Assembly (NCBI GenBank): GCA_031279495.1 | Contig: JAITIJ010000067.1 | Coordinates: 1-34,845 of the forward strand | DNA: 34,845 nt | From: Holosporales bacterium | GTDB taxonomy: Bacteria; Pseudomonadota; Alphaproteobacteria; UBA3830; JAIRMZ01 | Direction of reading: 5' to 3' | In this document: positions 1 to 7,981 of the stretch, one piece after another | Numbering within the stretch: position 1 is the first letter of the stretch | Layout: each line of letters opens with the position of its first letter | Program-made: the position numbers and the translations under genes | Notes under the pieces: generated by a model | Told to the model about the DNA's origin: nothing | Database searches by the model: none | The model's input: the letters and a program-made list of their open reading frames with translations, nothing else

Positions 1-1
1 T

Positions 2-190
2 CGCGCCGAAGCGCTGCGGAAGTTCGTCAGCCTGCCGCCGAGCCCGCTGGAAAAATCGGAAAAACTGGAACAGCTTCGGGCAATAGAGAACGGAATGACC
101 GTCGGAGTTACTGTAGTCGACGCGGATCCTCCCGTAAGCGTAGATGTCGAAGAAGACTTGGAACAGGCTCGACATTTGTTCGAAATTTAG
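2..190 (+). CDS. kdsB: 3-deoxy-manno-octulosonate cytidylyltransferase, C-terminal part (runs off window start)
   Basis: Hand translation [62 protein letters not shown]; [16 protein letters not shown]...VD..EDL is the KdsB C-terminal signature. Confidence 0.9.
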   Translation, partial: RAEALRKFVSLPPSPLEKSEKLEQLRAIENGMTVGVTVVDADPPVSVDVEEDLEQARHLFEI

Positions 191-244
191 GGCGATTGTA
201 TTGACTTTGACGGGTAATATATACTACAAAATGTGAGACTTGCG

Positions 245-320
245 GTCCCCATCGTCTAGAGGCCCAGGACATCGCCCTCTCACGGCGACAACAGGGGTTC
301 GAATCCCCTAGGGGACGCCA
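245..320 (+). tRNA. tRNA-Glu, anticodon CUC
   Basis: GTCCCCATCGTCTAGAGGCCCAGGAC; anticodon arm TCGCC-CT-CTC-AC-GGCGA; T-arm AGGGG-TTCGAAT-CCCCT; encoded CCA. Confidence 0.97.
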
Positions 321-336
321 GTACGTTCCTTTTTAA

Positions 337-352
337 ACAAGGAGCCTTATTA
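337..352 (+). repeat. Left arm of 16-bp perfect inverted repeat (ACAAGGAGCCTTATTA)
   Basis: Exact reverse complement of 824-839. Confidence 0.9.
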
Positions 353-417
353 GAGCGACGCGATTCTTGTTAGTTGACGCCTTATCCTCACCACTACTTG
401 CGCAATTCTGTTGTCGA

Positions 418-816
418 TCATGATTTAGAGATATCACAGCGATCTATTCGCCGAGGACGTCTGTTTTCATCAAGGGCGACCATGACAAAAGTTCCTCGAA
501 CTGCCGGAAGTTCCTCTTCTAAGCCACTGCGTTGAACGGTGACGTCGACTTCGAATGTAAGGGATGTGTTTCCGACGGTGGTCAGTTTGACATAGACAGA
601 AAGCTCGTCCCCCACGAAAACAGGTCGATCAAAAAGGACATTGCGAATAGCGCGCGTTGCCGTTAATCCACGCGCAAATCGTGATGACATAGCTGCTACG
701 GAAATATCCATCAGAGATACAATCCAACCGCCAAAAATGTCTCCGCGCGGATTTGTATCCGCCGGCATCGCTAGTGTACGGGTTACAAGCAGCCTTTGCG
801 TCCAATCCATTTTCAT
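418..816 (-). CDS. Acyl-CoA thioesterase, hotdog fold (YciA-like)
   Basis: MPADTNPRGDIFGGWIVSLMD, F..PV.VGD, VGNTS motifs. Confidence 0.92.
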   Translation of the reverse strand: MKMDWTQRLLVTRTLAMPADTNPRGDIFGGWIVSLMDISVAAMSSRFARGLTATRAIRNVLFDRPVFVGDELSVYVKLTTVGNTSLTFEVDVTVQRSGLEEELPAVRGTFVMVALDENRRPRRIDRCDISKS

Positions 817-823
817 TCTTTCT

Positions 824-839
824 TAATAAGGCTCCTTGT
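824..839 (-). repeat. Right arm of 16-bp perfect inverted repeat (TAATAAGGCTCCTTGT)
   Basis: Exact reverse complement of 337-352; lies 7 nt upstream of the thioesterase ATG. Confidence 0.9.
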
Positions 840-1016
840 GAAGGCTTAAAAAGTGATGCTTTCTCGCACGCGGGTTCAGCAAGAATAGAGCAAAAAATCT
901 TGTGAAGATCCTAGACATTTCTTTTGGCCAAAGCAATCCTTTACGCCCACTGTTACGCGCCTTGCCCTCTTAATAACCACTCTATAGGCTAGCAAAGAGA
1001 AAGCAAGACGCAGAAG

Positions 1017-2351
1017 ATGCTGCTTACACAGTTTCTAAAGAAACGACTTCCGCAAACGCTGTACAGGCGTTCGTTGCTAATCGTTGTGATGCCGATTATC
1101 CTCATTCAAGCAATTTCAGCGTTTGTCTTTTTCGATCGTCATTTGGAATCTGTCATGCGACAGGTCGCCAATTCTAAGGCCGAGGCAATTAGCGTGATTG
1201 TATCGTTGAGTCAGCACCTGCCGCACGCTATGGATGTTGTTAGGCAAGAAGCGGCGCGTTTCGAATTAACGCTTGAGGTTTTTCCTTCAAACACACAACT
1301 CCCAAAAAAATCTACGCCTTTCCCTTATATGGCAGGGTATATGTTTGAAGAAGCATTACAGGGACATCTCAAAGAAACCTATACTCTGACAGAGTCCAGC
1401 ACCTGTTTCATTGTTCATGTTCCTACCAGTCCTCAGCAGACATTGAAATTGTCTGTACCAAAGAGGCGCTTTGTAAGCCGCACAAGCGACATCTTCATCA
1501 TGTGGTCATTAGGAACATCGGTTTTGTTCACGTTGATCGCGTGGCTCTTTATGCGCAATCAGATTCGTCCTATTAAACAGCTGGCACAAGCAGCAGATCA
1601 GTTCGGCAGGAATAACACGTTCGACACGTTAACGCCCAGTGGCGCCTTAGAAGTGCGTAAAGCAGGAGAAGCGTTTAACGCAATGCAAGCGCGCATTAAA
1701 AGCTACATTGAACAACGCACCGAGATGCTTGCTGGCGTTTCACATGATTTGCGCACACCATTGACGCGCATGCGGCTGCATCTAGAGCTAATGCCAGAAA
1801 GCACCAACGTCTTAGCTCTTAAGCATGATTTGTCGGAGATGGACGCGATGGTAAACCATTTCCTGGAATATGTCCGTGGGGAGCGCTTAGAGAGACTGGA
1901 GCGACTGGCGTTGGCTCCTGTCATTCGAGAGGTTGCGCAGCGATATTTTATGCCAGCGCTAAGTTGTACGTTTTCTTTGGATGATCGTATTGTAACCACC
2001 GTAAGGCCGCAAGCGTTTCGACGGCTTTTGTCTAACATTCTCTCTAATTGTCAGCGCTATGCACATAATGTGCGTCTTCTTCTTATGCAAGAAGGAGATA
2101 TCTCTTTAATGATCGAAGATGATGGTCCTGGTATTCCAGAACAGCACAGGCAGGACGTTTTCGAGCCTTTTTTTCGTTTGGACGCATCGCGTACGCCAGG
2201 AAAAGGGGGAAGCGGATTGGGGTTGCCTATCGTAAAGGACTTGGTTACGTCTATGGGGGGCACCATCACGCTGACATCATCTTCTTTGGGTGGCTTAGGA
2301 GTCCTTATTCGTCTCCCGAGTAATACCGGGATTCCTTTAAATACATCTTAA
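1017..2351 (+). CDS. Membrane sensor histidine kinase (EnvZ/RisS-like: 2 TM, HAMP, HisKA, HATPase_c)
   Basis: H-box GVSHDLRTPLTR, N-box NILSNCQRY, DDGPGI, F-box FEPFFR, G2 GSGLGL. Confidence 0.95.
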   Translation: MLLTQFLKKRLPQTLYRRSLLIVVMPIILIQAISAFVFFDRHLESVMRQVANSKAEAISVIVSLSQHLPHAMDVVRQEAARFELTLEVFPSNTQLPKKSTPFPYMAGYMFEEALQGHLKETYTLTESSTCFIVHVPTSPQQTLKLSVPKRRFVSRTSDIFIMWSLGTSVLFTLIAWLFMRNQIRPIKQLAQAADQFGRNNTFDTLTPSGALEVRKAGEAFNAMQARIKSYIEQRTEMLAGVSHDLRTPLTRMRLHLELMPESTNVLALKHDLSEMDAMVNHFLEYVRGERLERLERLALAPVIREVAQRYFMPALSCTFSLDDRIVTTVRPQAFRRLLSNILSNCQRYAHNVRLLLMQEGDISLMIEDDGPGIPEQHRQDVFEPFFRLDASRTPGKGGSGLGLPIVKDLVTSMGGTITLTSSSLGGLGVLIRLPSNTGIPLNTS

Positions 2352-3228
2352 GGTTATAGAAGAAGCGCATAACATGAGTCTTTATCTTATACGACATTTT
2401 TCTGAGATAAAAAGTGAGTGAGATCGGGGCGTTTTCTTGCTTTAGTAAAGTTGTTCTTTGAATGTCAGAATTTCCAAAAGTTTGGTGCGCAAGATGCGGT
2501 TCTATGATGGTGAACTTAATGTCAAATTCCCACCCTCGTGTAAACATAACGTCCACTGGCATCTTTATAGGAAATGCGTGCGTTAACAACCGAGCGGCAG
2601 CTTGTCGATTGATCAAATAAGCACCTGCGCACGAAAAGGCTTTCAGATATACGACAAGTTTGCCGTAGCTTTTTAAGGAACGCAATGTTAAGGGTGTGGC
2701 GCTGCGAGACAAGTTAAAATTGACAACATCCCAGTCGTTGGAGGAATCCATCAGCTCTGTCACAACTGCTTTAAGCGTTTCTGGAGGAAATGTGATGTCA
2801 TCTTCAACAATAAGGGCATAGCGATACGAAGACTGTAGAAACTTTTCCCATGCTTTAAAATGGCTGAGGCTGCATCCAATTTCCCCTCGTTTAGGAGGAT
2901 ATCCCTGGAACACACGAAAGGAATCTGTATCAACGTACTGATCGAGATCGCTTTCTGAAAGGCGCTGACCATCAATAGCCGAGATTCGCTCTGTCGGAAA
3001 ACGCATTTGCAACACTCGAGGAAGGACGAAGCGCAACCGATCGGGAGAACGATCGAGATTGATGACATACACGACAATTCCTCGCGTCTTCATAGAAGTT
3101 TCTTTTACGGATATAGGGCGTGTGCCGCACACAAAAGCACCCTCGAAGAGCGTCAACACAACAAGAAACCCCAGAAGAGCGCCGGCACTTATATAGCAAA
3201 AAGATCTGCACAACACAGATCGGATCAT
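2305..3228 (-). CDS. Glycosyltransferase family 25 (LgtB/Lex2-like) with hydrophobic N-terminus
   Basis: YVINLDRSPDR, GEIGCSLSH, LIVEDD, GAYLI motifs; AGGAG SD upstream; convergent 47-bp overlap with the kinase. Confidence 0.92.
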   Translation of the reverse strand: MIRSVLCRSFCYISAGALLGFLVVLTLFEGAFVCGTRPISVKETSMKTRGIVVYVINLDRSPDRLRFVLPRVLQMRFPTERISAIDGQRLSESDLDQYVDTDSFRVFQGYPPKRGEIGCSLSHFKAWEKFLQSSYRYALIVEDDITFPPETLKAVVTELMDSSNDWDVVNFNLSRSATPLTLRSLKSYGKLVVYLKAFSCAGAYLINRQAAARLLTHAFPIKMPVDVMFTRGWEFDIKFTIIEPHLAHQTFGNSDIQRTTLLKQENAPISLTFYLRKMSYKIKTHVMRFFYNLKMYLKESRYYSGDE

Positions 3229-3289
3229 AACTTCTCCTCTTATCTACGGCGCCTTACTCTATTTCTCTTTGAAGCTATTGTCGTTCTTG

Positions 3290-3946
3290 TTAAGGGGAAA
3301 ATGCTGAAGAATTCGTCTCTGCAGAACAGGACAGATGAAAGACGAAGATCCTTCCTGTATGCACGATCACCTGCGCAGATGGCTCTGTAATGATATTGCT
3401 CATCCCATGTGTCACGTATCTTAGAGGAGTGTTTTCCAACGTGTATTGACATCCACGAATGGTGATGCGTGAAGGCTCTGCTCCAGAGGACAAGAGAGAA
3501 AGCGTATCGCCTATGGCATCATGCAGGACGATTTCTGAACGCACGCAACAAAGACGTGTTGTGTTGTGGACAAAGGCTAATTGGCATGTAGAGAACCGAT
3601 CATCTGCTAATAGGGTCATGTTTGCCATCGATTGATCGACGCGTCCACCTAAAGCGCCATAGATCACTCCTTCTGTCATGCCGTGCTCTTTTGCCCACAA
3701 TAAAGCAATCTCGAGGTCTGTTTGATCCTTGTCTTTTTGGAAAAGGCAAAAGGGTACTTCTCGGTCTTGCCACTTTTGTTGGACAGAAGACGCAAGAGAA
3801 TCCCCATCGCCAATGACAATATGAGGTATTATGCCAGCAAGATCAGCGTAGTTTCCACCACCATCAACAGCTATAACGCAATCAAAATATGCAGGGTCTG
3901 GAAGTGCGACGTTGCATTGCCCATTCGCAATAAGCAAAACCTTCAT
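3290..3946 (-). CDS. thiN: Thiamine pyrophosphokinase
   Basis: MKVLLIANG, IAVDGG, IGDGDS, KDQTDLEIAL, GALGGRVDQ, GMSN; start reassigned to the ATG at 3946, which overlaps the upstream stop (ATGA). Confidence 0.95.
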   Translation of the reverse strand: MKVLLIANGQCNVALPDPAYFDCVIAVDGGGNYADLAGIIPHIVIGDGDSLASSVQQKWQDREVPFCLFQKDKDQTDLEIALLWAKEHGMTEGVIYGALGGRVDQSMANMTLLADDRFSTCQLAFVHNTTRLCCVRSEIVLHDAIGDTLSLLSSGAEPSRITIRGCQYTLENTPLRYVTHGMSNIITEPSAQVIVHTGRIFVFHLSCSAETNSSAFSP

Positions 3947-4212
3947 GTGTGGTGCTGTTTTTTCCCGAACATTCTCAGTATGCACAAGCCACCCCAGAGA
4001 AGCAGCATAGTGGCGTTGACTATGAAGACAGAAGGCGCTTCTGCAAGTACACCGTAAAAGGTCCACAAAAGCATACCACTGAAATTCAGGATGCACATAC
4101 CAAAAGACAAACCCTTTGCTTGAGGATCTCTATAGGTCTCACGCAATTGGGGGAAAAGAGCAACAATAGATACCAGGCCAGCCACTAAACCGACCCATTC
4201 ACTTATGGGCAC
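3943..4212 (-). CDS. SemiSWEET/PQ-loop family 3-TM transporter, candidate thiamine transporter
   Basis: 89 aa, three hydrophobic helices, LFPQL motif, GLS, LW..YG and TM3 Asn (FIVNA); GTG start 5 nt after GGGAGG SD. Confidence 0.88.
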   Translation of the reverse strand: MPISEWVGLVAGLVSIVALFPQLRETYRDPQAKGLSFGMCILNFSGMLLWTFYGVLAEAPSVFIVNATMLLLWGGLCILRMFGKKQHHT

Positions 4213-4214
4213 AA

Positions 4215-4310
4215 GATCCTCCCTCCGCTGGTACAAACCAGATCAGGTTCAAAGGGTCGAGTCCTTAAGACTCCTCTCAGCTCTTGCAAGCTCCCCCGCA
4301 GAAAGCATCT
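4215..4310 (-). promoter_or_regulatory. TPP riboswitch (THI element)
   Basis: Minus strand GGGGAGC..GCTGAGAG-(hairpin GAGTCT/GGACTC)-GACCCTTTGAACCTGAT-CTGGT-ttgt-ACCAG-CGGAGGGA; canonical TPP aptamer motifs in order, upstream of thiN. Confidence 0.95.
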
Positions 4311-4420
4311 TTGCAAAAATCTGCTGAAACGTCAATCCATTAAGAAGAACATTCATTTGGAGCAACTAGAAACAAAAAGAGCCAGAAAGGTGATTCTCTC
4401 TGGCTCTTAAAGCGCTGTTT

Positions 4421-5281
4421 TTAAAAAGCACTGAGATCGATAGATCCAACAACACGATAAACAGCATGTAAAGCACTACGATCAAGCTCGATAAGGGCGT
4501 CTTCTTTAGAAAGAGAAACAATCTTGCTGTCAGGTTCGCTTTTGCCACCTTTTAATGCCTCGAAATGCTCGATAGAACATACTTGCAAGCTTGTTGGCGT
4601 TACGCTCCAGATCTTCTTTAGAAGAGCTTCTCCAGCTTCTGTAACAATCAGTACTGTTGCTTCTGGTGCCACCTGTGGAGAAGGATTTAGCCATAACAGT
4701 GAAGAGTCACTGTAGTAAGGCCGGAAATGCGTTCCAGCCTTAAGAGCAAAAGCTTCTCTCTTCCCAGCAAGTTCTGCTGGACGATGACGCATCTCGATGG
4801 CCGTATCCATCTTTAACTCCACTCTTCCTTCTTGAGAGCCTTGTTGCAAAACGTACACGGGAAGGTCGCAAAATACTTCTGACGCACGATTAGCAGAGCC
4901 ATCGTGGCGCTGCCCAAACATCTCACTTCTTCTTAACCGAATCTCCGCGGGAAGAAGGGCTGATTCTTCATGAATCTTATCCACCAACAACTCAGCTGGG
5001 TCGCAATTAAACGCTCCAGAAAGGCGGCGGATAAGATCCGTATTCAATCGTCGAGATCCTGATTCGAGACGCGACAAATAAGAAACGGAAATTCCCGTCA
5101 GCTCTGAGAGAATTTCCAGTGTGAGTCCTGTACGTTTCCTAAGAAATTTCAGGTGCGTCATAGCACTGCCTCTCCTTCTTCGCCCGCGTTTGCCCGGGGT
5201 TGTAAGTGAAATAGGTGAAGACGATGAAGCTCCAAATCCTTGGTCTTCTGCTGGTATTGGATTCAAACTGTGTCTAGCCAT
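4421..5281 (-). CDS. XRE/Cro-CI family HTH regulator with degenerate S24/LexA-like C-terminal domain
   Basis: LKFLRKRTGLTLEILSELTGISVSYLSRLESGSR HTH; C-terminal LPVY...AFAL...LLKK pattern; start MARHS chosen for GGAG SD. Confidence 0.85.
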   Translation of the reverse strand: MARHSLNPIPAEDQGFGASSSSPISLTTPGKRGRRRRGSAMTHLKFLRKRTGLTLEILSELTGISVSYLSRLESGSRRLNTDLIRRLSGAFNCDPAELLVDKIHEESALLPAEIRLRRSEMFGQRHDGSANRASEVFCDLPVYVLQQGSQEGRVELKMDTAIEMRHRPAELAGKREAFALKAGTHFRPYYSDSSLLWLNPSPQVAPEATVLIVTEAGEALLKKIWSVTPTSLQVCSIEHFEALKGGKSEPDSKIVSLSKEDALIELDRSALHAVYRVVGSIDLSAF

Positions 5282-5429
5282 TATTTTCTCCATTTTTATG
5301 ATGAAGGCAAAATACAACATGTTAAAGCACAATGCAAGCGTAACAAAAATTCTGTTAATTTTTACGCTTATAAGCGCTCTATAAATATCAAGAAATACTC
5401 TTCTTAACTTCTATTTGTTCTGCGCTACA

Positions 5430-5459
5430 TTGACAAATGTGTGTCCTAATTTCTACAAT
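5430..5459 (+). promoter_or_regulatory. sigma70-type promoter for the 5531 ORF
   Basis: TTGACA-N18-TACAAT, flanked by GCGCTACA direct repeats (5422-5429, 5461-5468). Confidence 0.6.
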
Positions 5460-5530
5460 AGCGCTACAAAGCAATGACGTTTAATTTAAGCTTTTGGTCA
5501 TAATTCTTTAAAAATAGGAAAATAAGCACT

Positions 5531-5983
5531 GTGGCTACAAATTCGAAAAAGAAATCTATCTCAGGAAAAGACAAGAAAATGTTTCTTTTCCGCAATGCTT
5601 CTGCTCTTTTGATGTGTCGAAAGCTATTTCCTAAAAAGCGCTGCCTTTTCCGTTACGGAGAAAATCCTTCCATCCCTTATAAACCGCACAACGCAAATGC
5701 TTCCTCTTGTCTCAGTCCGGATTCCTCTTCAAAAATATGCGACACCATCGAGCACACAAGAAGGCGTTCTGCTTTACCTGTTCTGACAAAAATGGAATGC
5801 ATCCTTTACTGGTTACACAAAGAGGGGACTGACATTAAAAGTCAACAGAACGCACAAGGCGAAACTTTTTACCTTCTCGAAAGGCGTGTTCTTTCGCCTT
5901 GTCAAGTTATCATGATTGCAAACCGTCTTCGCCTTTCTAAAGGGCTAGCTTTGTTCTTCGTAGAAACCATTACTCAGTATTAG
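5531..5983 (+). CDS. Hypothetical protein divergent from the XRE regulator (start uncertain)
   Basis: 150-aa ORF filling the gap; upstream promoter; protein-like C-terminal 60 aa; no recognised family. Confidence 0.6.
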   Translation: MATNSKKKSISGKDKKMFLFRNASALLMCRKLFPKKRCLFRYGENPSIPYKPHNANASSCLSPDSSSKICDTIEHTRRRSALPVLTKMECILYWLHKEGTDIKSQQNAQGETFYLLERRVLSPCQVIMIANRLRLSKGLALFFVETITQY

Positions 5984-6052
5984 TCTCTCCTCAGCTCTGA
6001 TGAAAAAATGATTGAAGTGCTATAGATGCGCTTTATAATCCCTCCTGTTCCT

Positions 6053-6129
6053 GGCGGAGTAGCTCAGTTGGTTAGAGCAGCGGAATCATAATCCGCGTGT
6101 CGGGGGTTCAAGTCCCTCCTCCGCTACCA
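6053..6129 (+). tRNA. tRNA-Met (CAU), probably elongator
   Basis: GGCGGAG/CTCCGCT acceptor stem, GCGGA-AT-CAT-AA-TCCGC anticodon arm, TTCAAGT T-loop, CCA; TTGAAG-N16-TATAAT upstream (6012-6039). Confidence 0.95.
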
Positions 6130-6186
6130 TTTTCTCTTTAAGAAAAAGCTCCATATCGCTATAGTAGCTATGATGGCGGAGGGGGA

Positions 6187-7974
6187 ATGTACCGAACGCA
6201 TACGTGTGGTGCATTGCGAATAGCCCACACCGGAAAACAAGTGCAGTTAGCGGGATGGGTGTATCGCAAGCGAGACCATGGGAATCTTCTGTTCATCGAC
6301 TTACGCGATCATTACGGCGTTACTCAGTGCGTTGTTGAAAAAGAGCGTCCGTCCTTTGAGTTGCTATCAACCGTTCGCTTGGAAAGCGTTGTTACCCTTT
6401 CTGGGCATGTAGCACAACGCGCACAACATGTTGTAAATACCAAGATTCCCACTGGCGAGATAGAGTTAGTAATCGCAAATGCGGCGGTTCTGTCTGCCGC
6501 AGAGACATTGCCATTTCCTATAACAGAGGAAGGGGCTACGTACCCGGAAGAAACACGACTAAAATACCGCTTTTTGGATTTGCGGCGTGAGGAGGTGCAT
6601 CAAAACTTAGTTCTGCGCGCGGAAGTCATCAAATTTTTGCGTGATGAAATGCAGCGTGCGGGATTCTTAGAGGTGCAGACGCCGATTCTTGCCGCCAGCT
6701 CTCCAGAGGGTGCTCGCGATTTTCTGGTTCCTAGTCGGCTGCATCCGGGCAAGTTCTATGCCCTTCCTCAAGCGCCGCAACAGTTCAAACAATTATTGAT
6801 GGTTTCAGGCGTTGATAGATATTTCCAAATTGCACCATGTTTTCGAGACGAAGATAGCCGTGCAGACCGTTCTCCTGGTGAGTTCTACCAATTGGACATG
6901 GAGATGGCTTTTGTTTCGCAAGAAGATGTCTTGGCAACGCTTGAACCTATTTTGAGGCGTACTTTCGAAACATTTGGCCAGGGCCGCTCTGTGACTGATA
7001 CTCCATTCCCACGTTTAACATTCGAAGAAGCGATGCGCACTTATGGATCAGACAAGCCAGATCTGCGAAACCCTTTGAAACTTACCGATGTGACTGAACT
7101 ATTTAAGGGCGGAGCTTTCACGCTATTCGCGCGAGCCGTTGAAACCGGAGCGCGTGTACAAGCCATCGCTGTTTCATGTTATTTAGATCGCTATCCACGC
7201 AGCTTTTTTGATTCTTTAAATAACTGGGCGCGTGCAGAAGGTATGGGCGGTTTAGCATACATCCTCTTTTCAGAAATCGAAGCTAAGGGGCCCATTTCGA
7301 AGTTTCTTTCTTCCGCCGATCAGGCGCGCCTGCGCGAGCAAACAGGTCTTCCCGGAGCTGGTGTTGTGTTTTTTGTGTGCGCTCCGGAGAAGTGTTCTTT
7401 AAAAAACGCTGGGATTGTACGCAAAAGACTCGGAGAAGCTTTTGGTCTCGTAGAAAAAGATACCTTTCGCTTTTGCTGGATCGTAGATTTTCCGATGTAC
7501 GAACTAGACGAACTCACTGGAAAGATTGTCTTCAGCCACAACCCCTTTTCGATGCCGCAGGGTGGGCTAGAGGATCTTGAGAAGCAAGATCCTCTCGCTA
7601 TTAAGGCGTATCAATACGATATTGTTTGCAATGGGGTGGAGCTTTCAAGTGGGGCTATTCGCAATCACTTGCCCGAGGTGATGTTCAAAGCGTTTGCAAT
7701 TGCCGGATATGAACGCGAGGAGGTAGAGACGCGTTTTGGCGGTATGTTGCGCGCGTTTCGGTATGGAGCGCCGCCGCATGGAGGGTGCGCACCCGGCATT
7801 GACCGCATGATAATGCTTTTACGCGATGCAGCAAACCTGCGAGAAGTTGTTGCTTTTCCACTAAATCAACAAGCAGAAGATGTCATGATGGGGGCGCCAA
7901 CCAAGATTCCTGAAACTCACTTGAAAGAACTCAATATTGCTATCAGACTGCCCGTTGTTAGTGGTGGGAAATAG
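6187..7974 (+). CDS. aspS: Aspartate--tRNA ligase
   Basis: [48 protein letters not shown]. Confidence 0.99.
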   Translation: MYRTHTCGALRIAHTGKQVQLAGWVYRKRDHGNLLFIDLRDHYGVTQCVVEKERPSFELLSTVRLESVVTLSGHVAQRAQHVVNTKIPTGEIELVIANAAVLSAAETLPFPITEEGATYPEETRLKYRFLDLRREEVHQNLVLRAEVIKFLRDEMQRAGFLEVQTPILAASSPEGARDFLVPSRLHPGKFYALPQAPQQFKQLLMVSGVDRYFQIAPCFRDEDSRADRSPGEFYQLDMEMAFVSQEDVLATLEPILRRTFETFGQGRSVTDTPFPRLTFEEAMRTYGSDKPDLRNPLKLTDVTELFKGGAFTLFARAVETGARVQAIAVSCYLDRYPRSFFDSLNNWARAEGMGGLAYILFSEIEAKGPISKFLSSADQARLREQTGLPGAGVVFFVCAPEKCSLKNAGIVRKRLGEAFGLVEKDTFRFCWIVDFPMYELDELTGKIVFSHNPFSMPQGGLEDLEKQDPLAIKAYQYDIVCNGVELSSGAIRNHLPEVMFKAFAIAGYEREEVETRFGGMLRAFRYGAPPHGGCAPGIDRMIMLLRDAANLREVVAFPLNQQAEDVMMGAPTKIPETHLKELNIAIRLPVVSGGK

Positions 7975-7981
7975 AAGAAAT

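Noticed and set aside
3947-4096. 50-aa N-terminal extension of ThiN in the ORF track (also long starts for rplA, the SH3 gene, second permease, binding protein and acpP)
   Set aside because: Family homology starts at downstream ATGs with SD or stop-start overlap; most extensions overlap upstream genes.
5282-5530. CtrA boxes (TTAA-N7-TTAA) in the divergent promoter region
   Set aside because: TTAA half-sites are present but none with correct 7-nt spacing.
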